The notes beneath the pieces were generated by a model. It was given only the letters and a program-made list of their open reading frames with translations, made no database searches and was not told the DNA's origin. The translations under genes were made by a program, and so were the position numbers. A stretch of 64,000 nt of DNA from a virus (lineage: Duplodnaviria > Caudoviricetes), in the IMG/VR virus record IMGVR_UViG_3300005805_000074, positions 11,655 through 75,654 of that record; one strand, 5' to 3'. Of the stretch, positions 1 to 8,566 are shown in pieces. Position 1 is the stretch's first letter, and each line of letters begins with the position of its first letter.

Positions 1-1452
1 GGCAGCATAACCACCACCAGCTAATGCTCCTACACCTAATGCCGCTAGTGACAATCCACCCGTAAATGGTGCTAGTGCTAATGCTAATCCAATACCACCA
101 CCTAATGCTCCAAGGCCAATACCTGTTTTTGTGTTACCCTGTTCTACCAATGAACGCCCTAACATAGCACCACCAATACCAAGCCCCAATCCTGCGCCTA
201 CCATTCCTGCTTTTCCTGCCATCCCCATACCGGCTGTTGGATTTTTTAGTAGATTTAATAACGAGGTTATTCCGCCGGAATTACCTACTTTTATTAATGC
301 CGCTGCTGCGTAAACCGCGGCAAGTGCCAATCCTCCGAAAGAACCACCTAAAATAGAAGATATTTTACTTGCCATAGCACCTAGAGAGGATATACTTTCC
401 GTTGCCGAACCAGTTTTACTTGCAGCTTCGGTCATTCGTTTTTCTAGTTTGTCTGCTGCACTTTGTTGTTCACCACCAGACTTAATATAATCTTCAACAG
501 AAATACCTAATTGTTTAAATAAGGCACGGGTACTTGCACTTTGCATTAAACTTTCTGGTACCGATGCACGAACTAATTTCATCAATGCATCTGGTCCTTC
601 CGTTTCTGCCACTCGTACTAATGTGCCAAAATCAATATTTGCACCTAATTGATTGAGTTGTGCGACTGTATCAATCGTACCATCCAAATTTGTTACTAGT
701 CCTTCTTGTGCCGCCTGTACACTCGCAAGATTAATACCTAATCGTTCTGCTTGAACTGCTGCCTTACCGAAACTATTTCCGTACAAAAGAAATGATAAAG
801 TATTTTTATTATAGAGAGTAGCTAATTGATTATTGGAAAGACTTGCTCTACCGGTTGCTTTACGGAATGCATCAAATTGTTCCGTGGTAGACATTCCCAT
901 TTGTGTAAGAATACGGAATGTTTCTGCTGTTGGTTCGAATTCTGACTTAAATCCTTTCTTTAAATCAGAAACAAGTCCTATACTACCCTTAGCGCTGATT
1001 TGCATACCTTGTGCGGCGCCAATAAACACATCAGTAAATCCTTCTTGTGCACCCTTAAGTTGTTCAATAGTTACGGCTAAATCTGCACTAAAGTTTTTTA
1101 ATTGTGCCGCAACTGCCAATCTATTTTGGATTTCTAATTGTACACCTTTAGTTGCACTAACACCTATTGCCGTTCCAAACTTTACACCTGCATTTGCGAT
1201 ATCAAGTAATTCTTTTCCAAGTGCTTTAGATTTCTCTTTTAAATCTTTTATAGCTTCAGACGCCTTTTTTGTTTCATCTGCCTCTTTTTTCTTCTGAGTT
1301 GTGGATTCTTTTGTTGCAGCAGTATTCTTCTTTATTTCTTCATTAGTTTCTTTTTGCGCAGCAGCTAATTCCTTAGTAGTATCTACCAATAAATCTAAAT
1401 ACTCTACCGCCATTTCTGCTAACGATTTTAAATCAGAAAAATCTTCTGCCAT
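1..1452 (-). CDS. Probable tail tape measure protein, N-terminal part (runs off the window edge)
   Basis: Hand-translated and absent from the ORF track. ATG at 1452 (MAEDFSDLKSLAEMAVEYLDLL...), open to position 1. Charged helical N-terminus, then Ala/Gly/Leu-rich GxxxG segments; lies directly after the hub/chaperone genes. Confidence 0.75.
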   Translation of the reverse strand, partial: MAEDFSDLKSLAEMAVEYLDLLVDTTKELAAAQKETNEEIKKNTAATKESTTQKKKEADETKKASEAIKDLKEKSKALGKELLDIANAGVKFGTAIGVSATKGVQLEIQNRLAVAAQLKNFSADLAVTIEQLKGAQEGFTDVFIGAAQGMQISAKGSIGLVSDLKKGFKSEFEPTAETFRILTQMGMSTTEQFDAFRKATGRASLSNNQLATLYNKNTLSFLLYGNSFGKAAVQAERLGINLASVQAAQEGLVTNLDGTIDTVAQLNQLGANIDFGTLVRVAETEGPDALMKLVRASVPESLMQSASTRALFKQLGISVEDYIKSGGEQQSAADKLEKRMTEAASKTGSATESISSLGAMASKISSILGGSFGGLALAAVYAAAALIKVGNSGGITSLLNLLKNPTAGMGMAGKAGMVGAGLGLGIGGAMLGRSLVEQGNTKTGIGLGALGGGIGLALALAPFTGGLSLAALGVGALAGGGYAA

Positions 1453-1454
1453 GG

Positions 1455-1616
1455 TTATCTCTTGGAGGGTCTATTCTTCTTAGGTGTAATCTGTTTAATT
1501 TGGTCTGATTCTTTCTTTTTCACTTCTTCTAACTGTTTCAAATGAAAGTTACGGAGGTACACCGGCATATTATAGAGTTGGTCAAAATTAAATGCTCCAT
1601 TACTATAATATGCCAT
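1455..1616 (-). CDS. Short baseplate-hub/tail assembly protein (T4 gp51-like position); may be made mainly as a frameshift extension of the upstream gene
   Basis: MAYYSNGAFNFDQLYNMPVYLRNFHLKQLEE...; the frame stays open upstream through the U7 run at 1665-1671; no clear SD before the ATG at 1616. Confidence 0.6.
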   Translation of the reverse strand: MAYYSNGAFNFDQLYNMPVYLRNFHLKQLEEVKKKESDQIKQITPKKNRPSKR

Positions 1617-1644
1617 CGTAAACAAGGTCTTATGAATTTCAACC

Positions 1645-2394
1645 TTATGCGTTGATGTCAGGCCAAAAAAAGTTGGCCCCAAAGGGCATCCTCGCTTTAA
1701 TTGTAGTATCACAATTTGGACAAACCACATTAAATTCAAAATTGACATCTGGACTTACTTTACGATATGCTTCCCGTAATGCACGAACATCACGGATAAT
1801 CATACTTTCTGAAAACTCTCTAATAGCTTTACGCTCACGATTTCCATTAAACGAGGTAATGATATACTTCAATCGTGTAGTTGATTCACTTTCAATAGAA
1901 CCTAGTTTTTTAATTGCGTTTATTTCGTTTGCAATTTCCTTTTCATCCGCACGAGTTAACAACCTAAAAGTTACATTTGTTCCGGTAGGTAATACAATTT
2001 GATATTCTCCATTTATCGGTAATTCTGTGGGTTCAATTGTACTCAATGTTGACAAATCTAAAAGATGGTCAAACTTATTTGAACACCCACTACATCCCAA
2101 TTCAATTGAGTAATCCTTACCGTATGCTAAAATACGAGACGCAACCATAACAACATTCAAATCCCCAATCAATAAATCATCGGGTTTCACACCAGGTGTG
2201 ACAATCAAACTTTCCATCAACTTGTCAATAACCGTCCCCTTTTGAATAAGATTGGTTGATGTCAAGATATCTTCTTCCTTAGCGGTCATATACTTGATAT
2301 CAATTTTCCCACTTCGTAACGGACTTCCCTCAGGATAGAATTTACCTTTACTTGGTAAATCTATCGTTTCTGTCGGGAAATTGTATTCTGCCAT
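1645..2394 (-). CDS. Baseplate hub / tail assembly chaperone (T4 gp26-like)
   Basis: IDLPSKG..Y...IDIKYMTAKEEDIL pattern, two CxxC pairs (CSGC, CPNC), SD AAGGAG, position upstream of the tape measure gene. Confidence 0.7.
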   Translation of the reverse strand: MAEYNFPTETIDLPSKGKFYPEGSPLRSGKIDIKYMTAKEEDILTSTNLIQKGTVIDKLMESLIVTPGVKPDDLLIGDLNVVMVASRILAYGKDYSIELGCSGCSNKFDHLLDLSTLSTIEPTELPINGEYQIVLPTGTNVTFRLLTRADEKEIANEINAIKKLGSIESESTTRLKYIITSFNGNRERKAIREFSESMIIRDVRALREAYRKVSPDVNFEFNVVCPNCDTTIKARMPFGANFFWPDINA

Positions 2395-2457
2395 AAATAA
2401 CTCCTTTGACTATTTGGTTTTACCACCTATATAAATATCAATTATACAAAAAATAAA

Positions 2458-3243
2458 CTATATAACAACATACTTTTCTACAAGTTCTTGGGGAAATAAA
2501 TGACGATTTTTCTCAATAAACTCATAATACGGTCTATATACTTCAGTTAATCCCATGTCGTTTAGTAATGGTCTTTTAGCGTAATCCAATGACGCTTTCT
2601 TATGGTTCTCAAAATTATTAGGATTGTTGATATCCCCACTCTGTTTATGACCTGCCCACTCTGGAGGGTCGGACCAATTAAAACAGTACGAAGGTACATA
2701 GTATGAATTGTGTTCATCTAATTGTCGTTCATCTCGTAGTTTGGTATACCAACTAAGCCCCTCATATCCTGTCAAATCTGTTCTAAATCCAATTTCTCGT
2801 ATTCTATTAATCTTAACAATGACACTAGCTTCTAATGTATTTTTTACAAGATGAATTCCCACTTTGTTCGCAAAAAAACTATATTCGGGTTTCCATGCAT
2901 CCTTTCCGTTTACTATTATTCCATCGTATGCTTGCCGCATATGCCACGGAAGATAAATGTCATCATCATCTGCTAACATAAAATAGTCACCTGTTGCGTG
3001 TGTGACGGCATCCCGACAAATCTGACCACGATTTTCATACGGATTTCCGGTCTGATAGTCCGTGTTGTTGTTTACTACGATAATATCATCGGCAGGGAAC
3101 CCCAATTCCATCGGGTGTTCTGTGTCTGTATTAAAGATAATCAGTTCTTTGTTCTGATGTTTCTGCGCATAAAACTGTGCTATGATTCGTTCTACACAAC
3201 TAAATCTACGATATGTGGTACAAACAAAACTTATTTTATTCAT
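2458..3243 (-). CDS. Glycosyltransferase family 2 (GT-A)
   Basis: ISFVCTTYRR N-terminus, NRGQICRDAV, FMLADDDDIYLP DxD motif. Confidence 0.85.
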   Translation of the reverse strand: MNKISFVCTTYRRFSCVERIIAQFYAQKHQNKELIIFNTDTEHPMELGFPADDIIVVNNNTDYQTGNPYENRGQICRDAVTHATGDYFMLADDDDIYLPWHMRQAYDGIIVNGKDAWKPEYSFFANKVGIHLVKNTLEASVIVKINRIREIGFRTDLTGYEGLSWYTKLRDERQLDEHNSYYVPSYCFNWSDPPEWAGHKQSGDINNPNNFENHKKASLDYAKRPLLNDMGLTEVYRPYYEFIEKNRHLFPQELVEKYVVI

Positions 3244-3244
3244 A

Positions 3245-3814
3245 TTATAATTTCCACACTACATCTTCACCTTCGGTTATCAAAGTGTATCCCTTCAATT
3301 GTAAACGAGAAAATGTCTGAACTAATTCTTCTTTTGGACAATGTGTTGTTTCAAATTCGATTTGTATAGGATATATGGTAGAATCAAGAATGCTATTTAC
3401 TACAATACAATCGTGTCCTTCGGTATCTATCTTAACCAAGTTTACAGATTCAATTTGATATCTTTTTGTGAGGGTGGTCCATGTAATGGCTTCTATTTTA
3501 TGATTAGTTAACATTCCTGTGTCTAACATCATTTGTGCTTCACTGTGTCCTCTGTGCGGTTTAATAATTGTCCCCCACCCTTTAGTAAAACTCAAATTAT
3601 ATTTATCCTGATTATGAGGTTCTACCCAAAATAAATCTACCATTTTATCTTCAGAAGAAATGGCAACATTAACTTTTGTAACATTTGGTTTATTCGGTAA
3701 TCTATCTAAATAGGTTTTGATTGGTTCTACTGACAATCCTATCTGGTTAGGAGAACATCCCTCTAGTAAAGTATGGTAATCACAAGTACCTATTTCAACG
3801 AAATCATATTTCAT
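3245..3814 (-). CDS. FkbM-like SAM-dependent methyltransferase
   Basis: DFVEIGT, SVEPI, NVAIS and VKIDTEGHD motifs. The ATG at 3814 overlaps the upstream TGA (ATGA). Confidence 0.7.
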   Translation of the reverse strand: MKYDFVEIGTCDYHTLLEGCSPNQIGLSVEPIKTYLDRLPNKPNVTKVNVAISSEDKMVDLFWVEPHNQDKYNLSFTKGWGTIIKPHRGHSEAQMMLDTGMLTNHKIEAITWTTLTKRYQIESVNLVKIDTEGHDCIVVNSILDSTIYPIQIEFETTHCPKEELVQTFSRLQLKGYTLITEGEDVVWKL

Positions 3815-4749
3815 AATAAGCAACTATTTTTTGAAGTTTGAATTATTTCTTCTACATACTTAATTGTTCCTCGTTTATTATCATAATCTTCCAATTTTAC
3901 ATCATATGGTAGTTTATTTTGATACATTCCTTTAAAAAATAACCGCTCCTTTATATTACCCACAACCCCCGCATTGTGGAATATAGTACACTTATCCCAC
4001 ATATCAGTTCCTTGTGTGGGCCATGCAAATTCCATTTCTGGAACCACTTTAACGGTATGACCAAAATACCATGCATTCCACAATACTGCCCACATATCTG
4101 CGGTCCACATTTGAATCGGATGATATTCTGGCGTTTGTGGATGTTCTTTGAGATGTTCTAAGAAATATTTGTACAATTCTTCGCTATCTTGTTCTACTTT
4201 ATCCCAATATTTGGCATCAATATTTTTCATAATATATTGTGCCCCACCACTATTCAATTCATTTTCTTCAGGTATACTTGGGTCAAGTCCAATGATTTCA
4301 CACATCCGTTCATAGATACCAAACTTCTTACTCTTGATATAGTCAGCACTGATATAGAATCTGGTATCGCTAAGGTACCACACATCGTCATCTAAAAATT
4401 TATCCCAATCTGGTTTTTTCGTAAAGATGATATCACAATCGTGATAGAATATTGCTTCATTTTTCATGTATGGATGTGCCATAAAATGCTGTTTTAATAT
4501 GTTCGGCCGAACGGATGAGATATATTTTGGATTTTGTCTTTCATCATTATAAAAGAAAAACCTGATATTATCATGAACCTCTGCTAATTTTTTCCAATTA
4601 TCAGGTATGTGATTATTTTTTATTGCACAAACTATGTCAATATTATTAGGATTAATTCCGTACTTTTTGAAATTATGTATCATAACTTCCACCTGCCAAG
4701 TATAGTAATCTATCGCAGGTTGAACACACATATACCTAAGATTTTTCAT
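3811..4749 (-). CDS. GT-A glycosyltransferase-like protein resembling plant peptide O-glycosyltransferases (GT95/GT96-like)
   Basis: FYHDCDIIF DxD motif, SGGAQYIMK and WTADMWAVLWNA, similar to the W..EMY motif of HPAT/SGT1-type enzymes; by-eye similarity only. Confidence 0.5.
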   Translation of the reverse strand: MKNLRYMCVQPAIDYYTWQVEVMIHNFKKYGINPNNIDIVCAIKNNHIPDNWKKLAEVHDNIRFFFYNDERQNPKYISSVRPNILKQHFMAHPYMKNEAIFYHDCDIIFTKKPDWDKFLDDDVWYLSDTRFYISADYIKSKKFGIYERMCEIIGLDPSIPEENELNSGGAQYIMKNIDAKYWDKVEQDSEELYKYFLEHLKEHPQTPEYHPIQMWTADMWAVLWNAWYFGHTVKVVPEMEFAWPTQGTDMWDKCTIFHNAGVVGNIKERLFFKGMYQNKLPYDVKLEDYDNKRGTIKYVEEIIQTSKNSCLL

Positions 4750-4752
4750 ATA

Positions 4753-6642
4753 TCATCCCTCTATTTCTTTTGTTGAAATATCTTCTTTATAAACTTGACT
4801 AATTTTGGACACAAATTCCTTAAAATAGGATTTGGAACGTTCGGGGGTGACCAATGCCCCGTCCACCACCAAATCTGCGACCTTTTGTTTCTCTTTGAGG
4901 ATATCACGCATATATTCGTCAATCGTATCCGCACATAACATATAATAAACTTGGACTTGACTCTTTTGACCGATACGATGGGTACGGTCCTCTGCTTGTT
5001 CGTGGTTCGCTGGAACCCAGTCACAATTCAAGAACACCACGGTATCTATCTGCTTCTGCAATCCGTCAATACCCATACCTGCCGCCATCAAACTGAATAG
5101 TCCGACCTTGGCTTCTCCGTTGGTTAATCGGTCAATAGACTTCTGACGCTCTTTACTATTCATTTCACCCGTAAGTAATGCAGACTTTTCTCCATAGTGT
5201 TCTTGAAGAAATTTTAATGGAGCGAGATAATTACTGAAAATGAGAATGGGTTTATCGTTATCTAAGAACTCGTCCACCATTTCGACCAACCGTGGCATCT
5301 TCTTTTCAATGAGAAATTCTTGAATTTTCGGCATGTGACCGATGGTAGGTTTCTCAACCTTCCACCGACCAAACACTTCTCGTAACATTTCTTTGTACTG
5401 CTTCTGTTCGTCTTTCGTTAATTCTACATACAAGTCATTTCGTTGTTTAGCTGGAAGTTCCGTCAAGATTTGTTCTTTCTTACGGCGGATGACCAAATCT
5501 TTCGTTCTATCATGCAAGTCTTGAAGGTTACGGGGAGCCTCACCCTTCCATCCCCCGTATCGTTGGGTAAAATGGAAGAAGTTGTTGAAACGGTCTTTGT
5601 CGAGGAAGTTTAACAAAGCAAATGCTTCGATAGGACGGGACATGACGGGAGTACCTGTGAGGAAGAGACAGTACTTGGTTTTGATACCCGGATATTTTCT
5701 CCGTTCCTTATATGACCCTAGGATACTCTTTGCTCGTATGGTTTGTCGGTTTTTGAGATAGGTAGCTTCATCACACACTAATAGGTCGAACTCTTGCTTC
5801 CGTAAATCATTAACAACTTTACCCACAGCATCGTAATGAACGATGTGGAATTGGTTCTTTAACTTCCCATCATAACTCTTACTATCCCAAATGGTAGAAT
5901 CTTTATCCGTGAACTTTTTGATTTCACGTTGCCAATTGACTACTACTGATAGGGGGCAGACGATGATTGTTTTTAAATTCTTATGTTGTGCGAATCCGAT
6001 TGCTTGAGCGGTCTTACCCAACCCAGGCGCGTCGGCGATGAGACACCGACCATCTGCTCGTTCCACAAACTTGACACCAACTTTCTGATAGGGATACAGT
6101 TGAAGTTGCATTCCGTCAATATCAAACTCTACATCTTCCTTGACTCGAATCTCGTCCAAATCCTCTCTACGGTCTTTTAACTTTTCCAGTAGGTTCAATA
6201 CCTTTTCGTCACACTTGACATTTGCTGGACCAAAAACATTAAATGCTTTCGGAAGATGAACCGCTGGAAACTCCCACCACTTCTCATCCCCATTCCATTT
6301 TCGTCCATCTACCTCGTATTTGAACTTTGCCATCAAGTTAGGATTATATGGCATGACAACAACCGCAGTTTTACTATCCTTTAAGTGAATAGAAACTGTG
6401 GTGTCTGTAGAAACTTGTGGTGTGAATTTGGAAGTCGGATTATTCGTCTTTGCGATTTTGAGGTGGGAAATGTCCTCACCTTTCAATGTGAGTGTTGCCG
6501 CTTCTTTCCAGATGTCAGGTATCCCAACGGTTTGTGTCATCCATTGAAGGTATGACTGATTGTTGTAGTATACATGAGCTAGTGAATAACCTTTAAACTT
6601 TCCGAATGTCAGTATTGCTTGTTCAGCTGACTGATGTATCAT
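4753..6642 (-). CDS. SNF2-family helicase with HARP-like N-terminal domain (SMARCAL1-like)
   Basis: LYPYQKVG, DAPGLGKT Walker A, CDEAT Walker B, LTGTP, QAEDRTHRIGQ; N-terminal LTFGKFKG motif and PYNPNL...RKWN...KWWEF HARP-like segment. Confidence 0.92.
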   Translation of the reverse strand: MIHQSAEQAILTFGKFKGYSLAHVYYNNQSYLQWMTQTVGIPDIWKEAATLTLKGEDISHLKIAKTNNPTSKFTPQVSTDTTVSIHLKDSKTAVVVMPYNPNLMAKFKYEVDGRKWNGDEKWWEFPAVHLPKAFNVFGPANVKCDEKVLNLLEKLKDRREDLDEIRVKEDVEFDIDGMQLQLYPYQKVGVKFVERADGRCLIADAPGLGKTAQAIGFAQHKNLKTIIVCPLSVVVNWQREIKKFTDKDSTIWDSKSYDGKLKNQFHIVHYDAVGKVVNDLRKQEFDLLVCDEATYLKNRQTIRAKSILGSYKERRKYPGIKTKYCLFLTGTPVMSRPIEAFALLNFLDKDRFNNFFHFTQRYGGWKGEAPRNLQDLHDRTKDLVIRRKKEQILTELPAKQRNDLYVELTKDEQKQYKEMLREVFGRWKVEKPTIGHMPKIQEFLIEKKMPRLVEMVDEFLDNDKPILIFSNYLAPLKFLQEHYGEKSALLTGEMNSKERQKSIDRLTNGEAKVGLFSLMAAGMGIDGLQKQIDTVVFLNCDWVPANHEQAEDRTHRIGQKSQVQVYYMLCADTIDEYMRDILKEKQKVADLVVDGALVTPERSKSYFKEFVSKISQVYKEDISTKEIEG

Positions 6643-6850
6643 TTGATTGTTCTGTTTTGATATAGGTAAATGTTCCTACATCTAATCTCCACCCATCATT
6701 TGGGTCTAACTTCAATACTCGCATTATTTCTTCGTTTGCAACTAATACCTTGTTTGTTAACTCAGCTTGGTATTGTTTTAATAATTGATTATTACTTTCA
6801 ATTAAATGTTGTAATGCAAGTGGTACTGGAACCGTTGTTACTTCTGTCAT
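6623..6850 (-). CDS. Hypothetical protein (75 aa)
   Basis: Clean ORF with GGGG SD, overlapping the helicase start, downstream of a sigma70-like promoter. Confidence 0.65.
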   Translation of the reverse strand: MTEVTTVPVPLALQHLIESNNQLLKQYQAELTNKVLVANEEIMRVLKLDPNDGWRLDVGTFTYIKTEQSNDTSVS

Positions 6851-6880
6851 ATATGCCCCATGTTTATAAAGTTTAGATTA

Positions 6881-6908
6881 AATATAATAAATTTATTGTA
6901 TTTGTCAA
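6881..6908 (-). promoter_or_regulatory. Putative sigma70-type promoter (TTGACA-N16-TATATT)
   Basis: Perfect -35 at 6903-6908 on the minus strand, with TATATT after 16 nt, upstream of the 75-aa ORF and helicase. Confidence 0.5.
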
Positions 6909-7930
6909 CACCCAGCTAATCCCGTATAGGAAAGACCACCACTTACAGATACTACACAAGTAATATCTTCTGTTTCATTGACGCATCCACTCTCATCAAC
7001 ATATGTGGATTGTGCGTATTCTCTAGTGATTGGGTCACCAGCCAATTGATAAGCCGGAATGGTAAGGGTAATATCGTTGTTTCCAACTCCTGACTTGTTG
7101 TATCTGATGACTACATCAACTGCTGTTCCACCATTGGTAATATTATTTCCGTATTGGTCCTTCAATAATATACTGGTAGTATTTCTTGCTTCTGGGTATG
7201 AACCACACGGAGATGGAGCAGTTCCATTACTGGTATTGGTATCAGATATTGCTACCGACGTTGCTACTGGAGCCGCCGTGGTTGTGGTAGTAGTCGTGGT
7301 CGGGGCTACAGTTGTAGTGGTAGTAGTTGTGCTAGTTGTGGGGGTTCCATCCCATATACAAATACCATAGGTTGGGTCTGTTGGGTCGCAGGTGTAACCC
7401 GAGCAACAGTTAGGTGATGCATTCAAGCATACATCACCCTCACCAATACACGCCGCTGTAGTTGTAGTAGTTGTTGGTGCTTCTGTAGTTGTAGTAGTAG
7501 TTGGTGCTTCTGTCGTTGTAGTAGTTGTTGGTGCTTCTGTTGTTGTAGTTGTAGTGGTGGTTGGTGCCCCTGTAGTGGTCGTGGTAGTGGTTGATGTTGT
7601 CGTGGTTGTACATGGTGAAGGAATAGTACTTGGACAGGTAACAAATTGTCCAGGTGGACATCCATCTCCTATTTGTAAACATACTTTAGCATATGTTGGT
7701 GTTACAAAAGATAACAAATTAGGACACTCAATATATCCCGCAGGACAATCTGCAGTAGAATACGATGTTCCAGGATCACCTTGTGGGCCTGGGTACGCTG
7801 CTGTTGGTGCGTATGATGCACTTAATACTCTAGTATTAGCAGACGCCGGATTACTTGCAGTAATGGCAGTTAGTGCAAATGACGAACTGAGTACGGTTAC
7901 ACCTTTTTCAAATGGGTAAAAATATGTCAT
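6905..7930 (-). CDS. Thr-rich mucin-like, Cys-rich putative virion protein with a knottin-pattern motif
   Basis: EAPTTTTTT repeats, short Gly-X-Y stretch PGPQGDPG, C-x6-C-x6-CC-x4-C-x9-C motif. Confidence 0.7.
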   Translation of the reverse strand: MTYFYPFEKGVTVLSSSFALTAITASNPASANTRVLSASYAPTAAYPGPQGDPGTSYSTADCPAGYIECPNLLSFVTPTYAKVCLQIGDGCPPGQFVTCPSTIPSPCTTTTTSTTTTTTTGAPTTTTTTTTEAPTTTTTTEAPTTTTTTEAPTTTTTTAACIGEGDVCLNASPNCCSGYTCDPTDPTYGICIWDGTPTTSTTTTTTTVAPTTTTTTTTAAPVATSVAISDTNTSNGTAPSPCGSYPEARNTTSILLKDQYGNNITNGGTAVDVVIRYNKSGVGNNDITLTIPAYQLAGDPITREYAQSTYVDESGCVNETEDITCVVSVSGGLSYTGLAGC

Positions 7931-8160
7931 GTATTAGAACTCGTTACCTGGTGAGCACTTGTACAATTCCCCTGCAAATTGTACACAAATACATCCCGTT
8001 GGACAAAGAGTATACTCTGGTCCACACGGTCCACCACATACTGGAGCGGTTGTTGTAGTTGTGGTGGTTGGTGACGCTGTTGTTGTAGTAGTGGTAGTAG
8101 TAGTAGTTGGTGCTTGTGTTGTTGTGGTAGTAGTTGATGTAGTGGTTGTTGTAGTAGTAG
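7255..8160 (-). repeat. Poly-Thr coding microsatellite-like tracts (ACN repeats), approx. 7255-7340, 7455-7610 and 8045-8160
   Basis: gtt/gta/gtg runs on the plus strand encode T5-T9 tracts punctuated by AP/EAP; boundaries approximate. Confidence 0.85.
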
Positions 8161-8359
8161 AACCACCACAAACTATTAAAGAACTAGATAATAAATATAT
8201 AGTCCCACCACTTGTTCCTGTGTCTCCCTTAGACCCCGTTGGGAATAATCCATGTGATGCTGTGGCAACCGTTCCCACGATGTATGATGCGGTAACGGCA
8301 TTACTTGCAGTAATTGATATATCTGCGAATACTGGGTATCCAAGTGGATAAAATTTCAT
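7934..8359 (-). CDS. Thr-rich, Cys-rich small putative virion protein
   Basis: MKFYPLG start, TGSKGDTG, poly-Thr linker, C-terminal CGGPCGPEYTLCPTGCICVQFAGELYKC. Confidence 0.7.
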   Translation of the reverse strand: MKFYPLGYPVFADISITASNAVTASYIVGTVATASHGLFPTGSKGDTGTSGGTIYLLSSSLIVCGGSTTTTTTTSTTTTTTQAPTTTTTTTTTTASPTTTTTTTAPVCGGPCGPEYTLCPTGCICVQFAGELYKCSPGNEF

Positions 8360-8361
8360 GG

Positions 8362-8565
8362 TTAACAGGTAGGTGGATAAGTGTCATAAGGTCCAACAGT
8401 AGTACTAGGAGTACCGTTATCTCCCGGAGGCCCCTTACTACCAGAAATAGCGTATGAGGCAGAGAGTGTTCTTAGTCCATATTCTGCAGTAAATGAATAG
8501 TTAGCACCAGAACCCGTGATAGTTTTTTCAAATTTTGAAGCAGACCCAAATGGATAAAATCTCAT
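8362..8565 (-). CDS. Small paralogue of the FYP-motif family (67 aa)
   Basis: MRFYPFG start, SASYA and GSKGPPGDNG motifs shared with the two neighbours. Confidence 0.7.
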   Translation of the reverse strand: MRFYPFGSASKFEKTITGSGANYSFTAEYGLRTLSASYAISGSKGPPGDNGTPSTTVGPYDTYPPTC

Positions 8566-8566
8566 A

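Noticed and set aside
131-1483. Plus-strand ORFs 131..313, 833..1297 and 1301..1483
   Set aside because: They are antisense to the continuous minus-strand tape-measure-like frame.
7059-8351. Poly-Val, poly-Gln and Tyr/Asn-rich ORFs over the Thr repeats
   Set aside because: They are antisense or alternate-frame readings of ACN repeats.
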